A stretch of 64,000 bases of DNA from the human T2T-CHM13v2.0 reference genome, Homo sapiens (GCF_009914755.1 NC_060929.1), one strand, 5' to 3'; shown: positions 1 to 14,959, numbered from the stretch's first letter. Made by a program: numbers and translations. Notes: generated by a model not told the origin, from the letters alone.

Positions 1-349
1 GTGCAGGGGTGCGATCTCGGCTCACTGCAGCCTCCGCCTCCTGGGCTCAAGCGATTCTCCTGCCTCAGCCTCCTGAGTAGCTGGGACTACAGGCACGCGC
101 CACCACGCCTGGCTAATTTTTGTATTTTTAGTAGAGACGGGGTTTCACCATGTTAGCCAGGATGGTCTCAATCTCCTGACCTCGTGATCCACCTGCCTCG
201 GCCTCCCAAAGTGCTGGGATTACAGGCGTGAGCCACCATGCCCGGCCTACACTTAAAAATTTTTAAAAATTCCCCTGATAGTATTAAATAGTATTGATGT
301 TAATAGTTGATAGTATTGGAAAATAACCATAATGCAACAACCAATGCAA

Positions 350-1650
350 TGATGGATCAGCAATGGACACTGAAAGCTTTCATTGGATGAAAGGTTGTTG
401 GGGAATAAGAGAGTCACACAGAATCAAAGCACGGCTCCATGGAATACTTACAAATTACAAAGAGAAAAGAGAGATCTGGAGAGTACACCCTGAACCAAGC
501 ATTCAAACTTATCATCACCCATCCTGGGACAATTTGATAGTGATAGCCTCCTGATGTAATGCTCTATGAGGTCCACAACATCACCTGTGTAGTATTTTTG
601 CCAAAATGTTTCCTTTAAATCTAATAATGAGGAAGGAAAATACAAATCCTGGTTGTGAGACATGCAACAGGACAACTGGACCAGATTCTTTAAAAATGGC
701 AGTGTCATGAAAGACAAAAATGGCAATGGAACTGTTCAAGATTTAAGGAGACTTACATTTTGGGAGGTTGAGGTGGGCAGATCACTTGACGTCAGGAGTT
801 TGGGACTAGCCATGAGGTCAGGCCAACATGGTAAAACCCTGTCTCTACTAAAAATACAAAAATTAGCCGGACCTGGTGGCAGGTGCCTGTAGTCCCAGCT
901 CCTCAGGGGGCTGAGGTGCAAGAATTGCTTGAACCGGGGAGACAGAGGTTGCAGTGAGCTGAGATTGTGCCACTGCATCCCAGCCTGGGTGACAGAGCAA
1001 GACCCAGTCTCAAAAAAAGAAAAAACAAAGGCATGATGGTGAGATGTGAGGATGATCCTTGATTGGTTCCTGGATTTTAAAAAAGAACACATATATATAT
1101 GTATAGAAGATATAGAAGATATTTTTGGAACAATTAGAACAATGTAAATATAATCTATATTAATGTTTGCTTGGAGATGTGTTCATGATATGGTAGTTGT
1201 ACAGAAGTATGTCTTGATTCTTAGGAGATACATGCTGAAGTATTTAGGGTAAGGTATTATTATACCTAAAAGTTAATTTTAGAAAGCTGAACAAAAAAGT
1301 ATAAATGTTAGAGTATAAATGGTTGGGCAAAAAAAGTATACCATGGGCCAGGAGCGGTGGCTCACGCCTGTAATCCCAGCACTTTGTGAGGCCGAGGTGG
1401 GTAGATTGCTTGAGCCCAGGAGTTCAAGACCAGCTTGGGCAACATGGCAAAACCCTGTCTCTACCAAAAATACAAAAATTAGCCAATATCATAACCCGGT
1501 CTCAAAATAAATAATAAAAATGTAAAAAATAAAACATTATACTATGTATACTTTTTATGTATATGTGTGAGAGAAAAAACAAATGTGGGCAGTGTTAACG
1601 ATTGGTGAATTTAGGTGAAGGATATAATTCATTGTACTATTTCTCAACTT
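350..1650 (+). mobile_element. Ancient L1 (L1ME-like) 3' fragments with inserted Alus
   Basis: ttcttaggagatacatgctgaagtatttaggg and ggtgaatttaggtgaaggatataattcattgtactatt motifs. Confidence 0.6.
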
Positions 1651-1930
1651 TTGTTTGTTTGTTTGTTTCTTTTTGAGACATTGTCTTGCTCTGTTGCCCA
1701 GGCAGGAGTGCAGTGGCACAATTGCAGCTCACTGCTGCCTCTGTCTCGGGCGATCAAGCAATCCTCCCACCTCAGTTTTTGAGTAGCTGGGACTATAGGG
1801 ATGTGACACCAGGCCCAGCTAATTTTTAAACTTCTTGTAGAGACGGGGTCTCCCTATATTGCCCAGGCTGATCTCAAATTTCTTGGCTCAAGCAATCTTC
1901 CCGTCTCGGCCTCCCAAAGTGTTGGGATTA

Positions 1931-2378
<448 letters not shown>

Positions 2379-2735
2379 TTAGAAAATACAGAAAAAGCGT
2401 TTTAAAACATCATGCGATTATGGTAGAGCTTCTCCTACCATGTCTCATTCCACCCCTGGCACTGTCACCAGACCTCTCAGGCACAAAGGCCAATCTTTCT
2501 AATTAAGATACATGTAGGAAGATGAATAGGAGTCGTCTGCATTTCTCCAGATCCTATCAACTGGGTTTCAGATCACCCAGACTCTCTTTCTCAAGTTTAG
2601 TCCTTTCTATTCAGAAGCCACAAACTTTAAAGATAAAATGCTCAAGCATTACAAAACATTATTCTAAAAACAGGAAAATACTTAGGTTAACATGCAGAAT
2701 TTCACAACATTCCAAACATAATTCATCACCCTTCA

Positions 2736-2954
<219 letters not shown>

Positions 2955-3099
2955 CTACTCAGGAGGCTGAGCAGAGGGGATCACTTGAGCCCAGGAGATT
3001 GAGGCTGCAGTGAGCCATGACTGTGCCACTGTACCGCAGCCCAGGGGAAAGTGAGACCCTGCCTCAAAACAAAGAGAAAGAAAAAGAAACCCAGACACT

Positions 3100-3572
3100 T
3101 TATGGCACAGCATCCAAGATCTGACCTCTGCCTTCCTTGCGTTTCATCTCCCCCATGCTCCCCTTCCTCTTCCTTCCTTTGCTTTGAATGTCCAAAGTGG
3201 TCCTAGATTCTAGCCCTAGAATGTTCTTGTCACAGATCTTTGCATGGCTGGTTCCTTCTCACTAAAAGTCTTGGCTCAAATGTCACCTCTTCAGAGCAGC
3301 CACCTGTGACCACTCTACAAGGCAGCTCTTCCTCCACCTGCCTCTCCTAGCCTTCTCTGTCCCCTTAGCTGGTTTAGTTTCTCCAAGTCATTTATCATTA
3401 TCTTGTTTATTTTCAGTTTCATCATCTTTGTTGTATTTCCTCTCCTAACTATTTCCTCCCTAAACTTCCATAAAGGACCTTGTCTGTCTTGAGGCCACTG
3501 TTATTTCCAGGGCTTAGAACAGGGTCTGGTATACAGCAGGTACTGAGGTAAATATTTCTTGACTGAATAAAT
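3100..3572. mobile_element. L2 3' fragment
   Basis: ggctcaaatgtcacctcttcagag...cttagaacagggtctggtatacagcaggtact...aaatatttcttgactgaataaat. Confidence 0.65.
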
Positions 3573-3683
3573 ATTCCTTTTCACATACAATTCTCATATG
3601 TCCCACTTACGCTGTACCGTGTCAGCCAACAACAACATTTCAGGAACTGTAGTGAGTTTTTGCTTGTAGGCTCCTTGAGTTTA

Positions 3684-4136
<453 letters not shown>

Positions 4137-4628
4137 TTAAAGTGTATTGGTTTCACACTGACCCAGTTCAAGAGATTTTTCTAGGGTTAGGATTCCTTAT
4201 GCTAAATTACGAGATAATTATTATTATCTTTTTCAGTTTGGGGACACAGGAGGTAAAGAGCCCCATGAAGTTAAAAGTAGGTAAGCGAAGACAATATTTG
4301 GTTAATGTTTACTTTTTCCTCTTTCCTTTTTTGAGCTTAAAAGATTCAGGAAGGCTAGTTCCTGAAAAAGCCTGCAAGGCCAGTTTTCCACTGCAATAGA
4401 TGACTGATACAATTAAAAAAAATCAGTCCCAAATCTCTTTCTCTGTATTATCCTTATAATTGTGCCAATATTCTGTCCCACACCAAACCCATTTACTCTC
4501 TCTTTAGATGCTGATCTCAACTTACTCTGATCCTATGAATGTATTTTCTGCTGGTATTTGAAAAATGTTATTCACAAAACAAAAATCCTAGATGTGGATC
4601 TCCAACTATTTTCTAAGACTGTCTCTAA

Positions 4629-4946
<318 letters not shown>

Positions 4947-5020
4947 TAATGTTTTTTGTATTTTTAGTAGAGACGGGGTTTCACCATGTTGGCCAAGCTG
5001 GTCTGGAACTCCTGACCTCA

Positions 5021-5275
<255 letters not shown>

Positions 5276-5745
5276 TTAAATTATGAAATACAAAATTCCT
5301 ACAAAAATGTATATAAAACATATGCACAGCTTGATAAATTGTTGTAAGGCTAACAGCCGTGTAACTTGGACTCGGGAAGAAACAGAATATTGCCTATATT
5401 GCCTATAGACAAAAAGTAGTCCTAAAATATAGTAAAACTGTTCAGAACATTGGTTCAGGAATCAGATGACCTGTATTTGAATCCTGACTCTACAACTTAG
5501 TAGACAACTTGAGTAAATGATCAATACTTTCTGAGCTTTAGTTTTCCTATGTGTAAAATGGGGAAAATAATAGTACATCATAAAGTTCTTGTAAAGACCA
5601 AAAAAATAAAAATAAAAACCCAGCCGGGGCCGGGCGTGGTGGCTCACGCCTGTAATCCCAGCACTTTGGGAGTCTGAGGCAGGCAGATCACCTGAGGTCA
5701 GGAGTTTGAGACCAGCCTGACCAACATGGAGAAAGCCCGTCTCTA

Positions 5746-5907
<162 letters not shown>

Positions 5908-6111
5908 TCAAAAACAAACAAACAAACAAACAACCCAGCCGGGCACGGTGGCTCAAGCCTGTAATCCCAGCATTTTGGAGGCTGAGGCGGGTGAATTGCT
6001 TGAGGTCAGGAGTTTGAGACCAGCCTGACCAACACAGTGAAACCCCGTGTCTACTAAAAATGCAAAAATTAACTGGGCGTGGTGGCGGGCACCTGTAATC
6101 CTAGCTACTCA

Positions 6112-6453
<342 letters not shown>

Positions 6454-8199
6454 TCAGGAGGCTGACATAGGAGAATCATTTGAACCCAGGAGGCGGAGGT
6501 TGCAGAGAGCTGATCACACCATTGCACTCCAGCCTGGGCTACGGAGGAGACTCTGTTTCAAAACAAACAAACAGAAAACCAAAAAAACACTTAGCATAGT
6601 ACTTAGAACATGTTTTTCCCTGAGTAAATGGTGCTATTATTATTCTTCCACCTGTTGAAGTTCCTGTTCAGGTGCTGAGTCTCTTTGTTTAAATATGGAT
6701 TCCTCCCAGGAGGATCTTGCTTAACACATAGGAATAGAGAAGATAAAGGTTTACTCATCTAGTGTAATCATCCTTTTAGAAATTGTCTTCCTAGTGGCTT
6801 CCCCATAAATTCTTCCATACACCTGTCCAAGGAAACTGTCCTGTGTGGACCAGAAGCCTCCCCCTCCTCATGACTGGGCAGAGAAACTAGAGGCCTTTCA
6901 GGCCAGGCCCTCAGCAACTCCAAACTGAGTTGCCTTGGACACATACCAGTCTTTGAATTCATTTACTAAGCAGGCAAGGCAGAGTGGAAACAGTGGAACT
7001 ATGTTAATCTCCCGTCTTTTCTCCTCTAAACCCTAGTACTAGAGATGTAAGCCTTGAAATGCTACTAAGGAACGTGCGGGTTTCACAATAGCAGGAGGCC
7101 ATCTGAGAGGAGGACAAGACTCCACAGGCATGTTGGATTTGGGAAGCAGGGCTATAGTCATTCATTCATTCATCCAACACATAGTTATGTAATTCCTATG
7201 TGACAGGAACTATTTCAGGCATATAGGATACAGCAATGGCTTGCTCAATTTATTGAGACTTGTTTCGTGGCTCAGCATATAGTCTGTCTTGGTGAATGCT
7301 CCACATTCCCACCAACAGACTTATAAAGACAGTATTGTTTATTATCATCTCAAATTTACGGTGGAAAAAAATGAACCTTACATAGTTTAATTTCCTTTAG
7401 TCCTACCCAGCTACCAAGTAGCAACACTGGAATTTGAACTGAGATTTCTGACACCATAATCTGAGCTCTTAAGTTTCTCTTTTACACATAGAAAAGGAGA
7501 AACAAATTGTCTTTTCATCTTATCCATTTGACTGCAGGTAAAGTCAACAAGTTTCTAATCATGGGGTTCTGAAAATAATATTTACATTGCTCTGAGTCAC
7601 GGGGATTTTCATCAAATAATATTCAATAGTGGATACTACTCAATACTACTGTGAGTTGCCAAGAAGGAATATTTGGTAAAAAATATAGTAATTAAATTTT
7701 GCTATAATTTATGATTATGTAACATGATTAAATCGAGCATGGCATCATTTAACATCCAACAAATTTTGTTTTGGTATTGAAGAATGATGTGTTTAAGTTT
7801 TAAGGCTGGATTTTCTTTCTAGACACTTTCAACTATGAAATATACACAATATTGGACAATAGTTAACCGTTCTTTTGATGTTGTTGTTTAGAAAATTAAT
7901 CTCAAGCGAATAAAATAGAATTCATACAATTAATGAATCCTATTATTCCATATGGATGAACTCAGAACTAACTAGAAAGTAAGTTTCACAGAGATTTTTG
8001 AGTTTTGTTCACTCGTGTGTGTACAGATTAGGCACTCAGAAAATAGTTGAAGGAATGAATTGGGAAAGCAAATAGAATATGAAAGCCTTCTACCCAACAC
8101 AACATGTCTTTGAGTTTAGGTTTAGGGTGGGAATAAGAAAAATAACATGATATGCATAAGTTATCTTAAAATGATAAAAAGTTTAATTTAAAAACCTAA

Positions 8200-8725
8200 T
8201 TTACCAAGAGAACCGAAAACATATGTCCACACAAAAACTTGTACACAAATGTTCATAGTAACATTATTCATAACATCCCCAAAGGAGAAACAACCCAAAT
8301 GTTCATCAACAGATGAATGATTAAACGAAATGTGATACATCGATACAATGGAATATTATTCAGTTATAAAAAGGAATGAAGTACCAATACATACTACATC
8401 ATGGATGAACCTTTAAAATATTATGCTAAGTGAAAGAAGACAGACACAAAGGGCACATATTGTATTATCCATTCATATAAAATGTCCAGAATAGGCAAAT
8501 TAATAGAGACAGAAAGTACATTAGTGGTTGCCGAGGGATGAGGGGAGAGGGGAAATGGGGAGTGACTATTAATGGGCATGGGGTTTCTTTTGGGGGCGAT
8601 TAAAATGGAATTAGATGGTGGTGATGGTTGTACAATCTGGTGAGTATACTAAAACCCATTGAATTGTACGTGCCCTTTAAAAGGGTGAATTTTATGGTAT
8701 GTGAACTCTCTTTTATAAAGTGGAA
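8200..8725 (+). mobile_element. Old L1 (L1MB-like) 3' end
   Basis: aaacaacccaaatgttcatcaacagatgaatg...atggatgaacc...ctaagtgaaagaag...ttagtggttgcc motifs. Confidence 0.8.
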
Positions 8726-8778
8726 AAAAACTCCTAAGATCTCTTCAGAACATGTCAAAATACATTATAAAATAATAG

Positions 8779-8794
8779 ACATGTGTTTACAAAT
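8779..8794 (+). promoter_or_regulatory. ACATGT-n4-ACAAAT element (reported occludin glucocorticoid-response element) containing a forkhead TGTTTAC
   Basis: Sequence ACATGTGTTTACAAAT is seen directly; its identity with the reported GRE is from memory. Confidence 0.55.
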
Positions 8795-9931
8795 CTGAGA
8801 GTATTAGGAAATGTTCCCTTGTTTAATTATAAACCAAATGGAATGTTTGGAGATTTCAGTAATCTGACAGGGAACATTAAGGGGATTAACCTGACTTCCC
8901 CAGTGTTAACAATACCAATTTAAACTGCATCATTCAAAAACTACATAGTCATATTAAAGCATTTGTAGCAATGACTTCCACGAAAAAAATACCAATTAAA
9001 TTAATTACCCATTAAAGCTGCCATCATCTGAAATACCTCATATTTATATAGTGCTTTTACTTCCTCAAGTATGAATTGTGCCTTAAGATCTAATGTATGG
9101 GAGAGTCACATCTCTAACCATTTAATTAAAGGTAGAGAAGTGGGTGGGATTGGATAGAAATTTATTAGCAATGCTGACATTCCAGATTGGAACACAAAGA
9201 CAAGCAGGATGTAAGAAACCTAAAAGTTCGCTTTCAATGCAGATAGTTAAATGCCAAGAACTATAATTGCCACATCCTGGAGTACAATTAAAAAATATGT
9301 TGAAAAACAACCAACATACATAAAAATATACACAGTGTTAAGTGCAGACTATGAAATTTCCCTTGGAAACAGAATCCAGATCAAGAAATAGAATACAGCA
9401 CCCGGAACTAAGGTGCTTTTTCGTTTTCTTAAAAAAAAAAAAAGTAAACCAAGTTTATTTTGCTTTTTAAGTAGTGTTGTTCTTAAAGCACTACAGGTTG
9501 GTAAACAACGTATAAGGTGCTTTTTCTCAGGCCAAAGAGCCATAATAGTTTAAATTTCCCGGTCCTCAAGAGCGGACCGGGTGGGCAGGAGAGGACCCTG
9601 GGGTGGTGATGTGTAAACTGTATTATGCACTTTAGCCTGCTGGATGGCAACTAACACCTACAGTAGTTCACCCTCATTTTAACCCCTCTAAGTAATTGTC
9701 TCTTATTCTGAATCTAGAGATTCAGAAACAGCGCCAATGTTTACACACGACTTTTGAAATTTTCCCAGGAGTCTTTCGTTGGAGCAATACATCTAGATGC
9801 CTTTTTCCAGCAACAGTTTAATCAAATTCTGGAAGCAGAAAAGTGTCCTGTGAGGACGTGCCTTTCCTATCAAAGTGCTGAGTGCCTGGACCCTCTTTCC
9901 GGAGGAAACAGTCCCCTCTGGACCTCGTTCG

Positions 9932-10299
9932 GCCTCTCTCCATCAGACACCCCAAGGTTCCATCCGAAGCAGGCGGAGCACCGAACGCACCCCGGGGTGG
10001 TCAGGGACCCCCATCCGTGCTGCCCCCTAGGAGCCCGCGCCTCTCCTCTGCGCCCCGCCTCTCGGGCCGCAACATCGCGCGGTTCCTTTAACAGCGCGCT
10101 GGCAGGGTGTGGGAAGCAGGACCGCGTCCTCCCGCCCCCTCCCATCCGAGTTTCAGGTGAATTGGTCACCGAGGGAGGAGGCCGACACACCACACCTACA
10201 CTCCCGCGTCCACCTCTCCCTCCCTGCTTCCTCTGGCGGAGGCGGCAGGAACCGAGAGCCAGGTCCAGAGCGCCGAGGAGCCGGTCTAGGACGCAGCAG
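9932..10299 (+). other. OCLN: OCLN non-coding exon 1 (5' UTR)
   Basis: Donor GCAGCAG|gtggga at 10299/10300. The junction ...ggacgcagcag|attggtttatc matches the OCLN mRNA as I recall it. TSS approximate. Confidence 0.85.
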
Positions 10300-10483
10300 G
10301 TGGGACTCGCGGCGCTGGCCCGCAGGCTTCCCGCACCCCCTTCCACGTTGGTGCGCATGCCCGGGGGCAGGGCCGGTTGTAGGGAGGAGGGAAAGGAGAG
10401 GGAGAAGGGGGAGGAGACGTCCCCAGCCCAGTCCCCGGCTGAGCGCTGGCGGTCGGTGCGGCGTCAGGTGCGCCCGCCAGGTG
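10154..10483. promoter_or_regulatory. Cluster of CAGGTG E-boxes (Snail/Slug/ZEB type)
   Basis: CAGGTG at 10154, 10297, 10465 and 10478. Snail-family repression of occludin through E-boxes is established. Confidence 0.6.
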
Positions 10484-10540
10484 AGCGCGCTCCCTGGCAC
10501 CGTTGGCCCCCGGAGGGTCGGGCCCAGTTGCGGCGAGCGG
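10430..10540 (+). other. OCLN: OCLN alternative non-coding first exon
   Basis: Consensus donor GAGCGG|gtgagt at 10540/10541 inside the CpG island; a second possible donor CAG|gtgagc at 10480/10481. Start approximate. Confidence 0.65.
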
Positions 10541-12935
10541 GTGAGTGTTGGGCGCGGCGTCAGGGGCGCACGGGAGCCCGAGGGTCCCCGTGGGGGGACC
10601 GCGGCGACTATGTTAGGGGAGGTGCTGGGGGGAGGACGCTCCGCGCTGGTTTCGGTGGCAGTTTCGTCCCCGAGCTGGGACTCGTGGGAACCAGAGAGGC
10701 GCGGGTCTGCGGAGAGAGCAGCACCGGCCAACTTGGGAGGCTGCCTCCTGGGGCGAGGGGTGGCTTGGAGCTGCCGATCAAGCTTTATTCCGCGGAAACG
10801 CTGAAAGCTAGCAGTGCCTCAGCGGCGCGGGCAACTTTTCACTTTTATGGGGCACGACATTCCTGAACAGCGACGATCCTGCATCCGCTCTGGGGCTGCA
10901 GTTTGGGGGGGCGGCCTTCATGGAGAGGGATCCTGCGCCCAGCTCCTTGGGGGTCCTAAGCCTGAGGCTGCAGCGAGGCGGCTGTTCGGCGGCCCGGGCG
11001 GCTTAGATCCCGGGGGGAATTTCATTCCTTCCGCTCCCACCCCACCCCTTTGGATATCCCGGGGAGACGGGGGCTGGATTCAATCTGTGAAATATTCCAG
11101 GAGTCACGGTGTGGGCCACACTGGCTACTTCGAATCCACTTGTTGCGAGTTGTGTGAACCCGCGTCGATTTAAGCTGGGGGGCGGGGAGTTAATTTCGAG
11201 TGAGGCTGGACTTCGAGGGAAGCTGCTCACGCTTCGGATTCTCATCCGTGACCAAAAGGGCTGCCCCCAGGGGGGCGGAACTGCCTCCGGGCGGTGCCTG
11301 CCCGGCGAACGTGGGCGCGCGCTGCCTGGGAGCGCCTCGGTGCGCACGGAAGCCGGGACCCGCGCCCAGCCGGGCCACGGAGTTTGGGGACCTCCGGGAC
11401 TGGGCCGGCCCCGCGCGCCAGCCATGTTGCCTGCGTCGGAGGAAGCGTGCGGGGAGCAGGGGTCGAGGGCCAAGATGGCCTCTGCGCCTAGGGGTTGGGA
11501 GCGGCGCCGAGCCCCTCGCGCTCCTCGGGAAGCCACCGGGCCCGAGGGAAAAGCCGCGGCATCCTTAGGCCGGACCCGGGGCTCGCTGGCCACACTGCCC
11601 GCTTGGGGAATTACCCTGCTCGAGGAGGAGGCGGCGGCTTTCCAGGCCAGTCAGTGTGTGGCCCTTAGGCAACAGGTGTATTATTGGGATACCTGGAAAA
11701 GAGAAACGTTTCCCATGAAGGCACTTATGGTGTTTTTTGGTGATTCTTGGTGTGATAGAAAACTAGGCGTTCCCAAGTGTAACAATAGTAACAGTAGTTC
11801 TTTTGCACTGTACATATGAGGTGCTTGTGTGTGTGTGTGTGTGTTTTTCCGAGACGGAGTCTGGCTCTGTCCCCCAGTGCAGTGGCATCATCTGGGCTCA
11901 CTGCAACCTCTGCCTCCCGGGTTCAAGCGATTCTCCTGCTCAGCCTCCCGAATAGCTGGGATTACAGGCACCCACTAGTATGCACAGCTAATTTTTGTAT
12001 TTTTAGTAGAGACAGGGTTTTGCCATTTGGTCAGGCTGGTCTCGAACTCCTGACCTCAGGTGATTCGCCCGCCTTGGCCTCCCAAAGTGCTGGGATTACA
12101 GGCGTAAGCCACCACACCCAGCCTTTATGAATATTTTCTTAGTGGTGCTTTAAAATAGACATCTTAAGTGTGTGTGGGAGGCAGAGATATTTCCTCAAAC
12201 AAAGCAACACTTTTTTTTTGGTCGTTTTGCAATTTATTTAGTTATTAGGGGCCTCCTTTGTTAGGTGACGGAGCAGAGGATAGGGAGATCGGTAAGACAT
12301 GATTCTCCACCTTTTGGCAGTTTCCAGGCCATTTCGGGAAATAGTGGGCAGCAGTGCCTCCTGCACGTGAGGCACTGTGGTAAAAGCATTCTGTATTTTC
12401 TCATTTAATTATCCCAACAACTCTAAAAGGCAGGCCTTAGTAGAACTCCATTTTAAAAGTGGGCAAATGCCGTGGGGGAAACGTTGCAGGTGGGCTTGCT
12501 TGCAAACTGCTTCAGCTAATATGGGAAGGAGTATCAGAAGCAGCGGTCCTTGATATTCCAGAACCAGATTTGGGGAATTTTTCTGGACTTTTCTACCATT
12601 GACTAGTAACTGTAGCCTGATACAAGATTTCCCGCATTTTGCTTGATATCAAGGTAAAATTCTTGTTTTCTTCTAAAGGTAGTGTTGGAATTACTACCTT
12701 TTCAAAATAGTATATTACTTTTAACCACATAAATGATCTGATGTAATATCTTTCATCTTCCTAGGAACCTCCCAGAAGGAAGTTTTCTTCAGTTGCATTT
12801 TAAGGCTTATTTGATTGGAATATTAATGGATCTTTTTCATCAAATTACTATTTATGGAAATAAGAGAGTAAACAGACCATGCAGATTTATGTTAGGCTTT
12901 TTGTTTTAACCCCTAGGCTTGCCGCTGTTCCGTAA

Positions 12936-13065
12936 CCCAGTGATTCCAGTCTTGGCTGTGGTATGAATCACTTAGGGATCCTATTAAAACACAGATTCTG
13001 ATTGGGAGGTCAGGAGTGGGGCCTGGGATTCTGCCTTTCTAACAGGCTCACAGGTGATTCTCAGA
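12936..13065. mobile_element. MER5A-type hAT fragment
   Basis: gaatcacttaggg...gtggggcctgggattctgcctttctaacaggctcacaggtgattct. Confidence 0.65.
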
Positions 13066-13721
13066 CTGTTCTGTCTTCTTTTTCTCCCTTTCTCTTAGAC
13101 TCTACGCACTTAATTACATTTGACAAACTGAAGTTGGAAAAAATAACGTTTATTGAGTGTTGTGTGAAGAACTTCAAGGCATTCACTGCTGGATTGAAAT
13201 CCCAACTCTAATAATTGACTGTTGGTTTTATTAATTGAGTACTCATTGACAATCACTTTGTGCCAGGGCTAGTTCCAGCGACCAGGGATATAAATGATGG
13301 TCAAAATAGACATTTGATGTCTGGGATATGGGCATTCCAGATGCGGTGGAGATGATACCTATATTTTAGGTATGAGGGCAGAGGGGAGTTTGCTCTGAAA
13401 AAAAAAACAAGTTTTGTGTGATGGAGTGAGGGACAGGGAGGGCATCTCCCAGAAGGTGACGTCTGAGCTGAGACCTGAACAGCAGGTGTCTGTTGTGTAA
13501 AAGATCTGGGCTTTCTAGACAGGAAATTGCAAGATCAATGTCCTTTTTGGATTGACACCTTTATTGTAGACAGCAATTCTCAAAATATGTGATGTGTTTA
13601 AAAATCACCTGGAAGATTTATTAAAAATACAATTTCTGACACAGAGTCTATTACAAAATCTGCCTAACTTCAAATTTTTAGACAATTTACTAATGATGTG
13701 CCTGTAGTCTAAATCATTTAA

Positions 13722-13941
<220 letters not shown>

Positions 13942-14959
13942 TAGCGGGGATGGTCTCGATCTCCTGACCTCGTGATCCTCCCGTCTCGGCCCCCCAAAGT
14001 GCTGGGATTACAGGCGTGAGCCACCGCGCCCGGCCACAACTTAAACTTTTTAAAGGCAAATTGACAGTTACTGCATGTGCTCTAAAAGGAACAGACTTCT
14101 CTTAAATACAATAAAGTTTATTTTTCACTTATTGACAGTTTTCTTTAAAGAATAATTTGAGGCCAAAGCATTTTCAGACTATTTTTTCTTTTTTTATACT
14201 TTTTTTTTTTTTTTTTTTTTAAGATAGAGAACGGAGTCTTACTCTGTTGCCCAGCCTGATCTTGAAGTTCTGGGCTCAAACAATCCCTCTGCCTTGGCTT
14301 CCCAAAGTACTGGGATTACAAGTGTGAGCCACCTTGCCCAGCCTCAGCCTGTTTTTTTCATCTTAGCTTAGTTTTCCATTAAGACAGCTTTTGGTCAGTA
14401 AACATTGTCAAGGGGAGAACACTTTATATTTTATCATTAGCCCAAGATGCTGGTTTTCAGATTAACATATTTGACAAGGATCTATCTGCTGCTTCCCTTT
14501 TGCCCCCGACTCTAATTTAGCTGTCTGACTTCTGTCCTTGTCACTCTCCTGACATAAGTTCCTGTAGGTGATAAGTGGCCTCTTCATTCTCATTTTTTCC
14601 TTCACTCAACACATGTACAGATTGTTAATGTTGCTGTGCTGGGCATTGGTCCTCTTTCACCTTTGGCTGCTGGCCTTAAAGCACAGTCACAGATTCACTT
14701 TGAAAGAGACCTTAGAAGTCTTCCAGTCTGGTCTCCAAAAAAATATCAAATAACTTAAGCTTTGCATAAATTGCATGAGCTCAAATTGTTGTTAGTTATT
14801 TTCGGAGAGGGTGTGGGGTCAGGGTGAGGGAGAGGCTTCCTAACATTGAGATGAAATCAGCCTGTGGTTTTTGGAATTTTTTTTTTTAACCATTTCTAGG
14901 ATAACAAAGACAGCTCTTCATATATTTCAGGGCTGCTAAAGCGATTCTTCTGACGTTAA

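Larger units (their letters stand above)
9900..11650. promoter_or_regulatory. OCLN: CpG island / OCLN promoter
   Basis: Abrupt switch to very GC- and CpG-rich DNA with GC boxes (ccccgcc), flanked by AT-rich, CpG-depleted DNA; spans the first exons. Confidence 0.95.

Noticed and set aside
4237-4280. Possible 44-nt sense exon upstream of OCLN (tttttcag|...TAG|gtaagc)
   Set aside because: Such site pairs arise by chance, and no linked promoter or partner exon is visible in the window.
9754-11819. Long ORFs (370, 231, 236, 196, 192 aa) on both strands
   Set aside because: Stop-poor GC-rich CpG island; mostly non-ATG starts, Arg/Gly/Pro-biased, overlapping in all frames, no recognisable domain.
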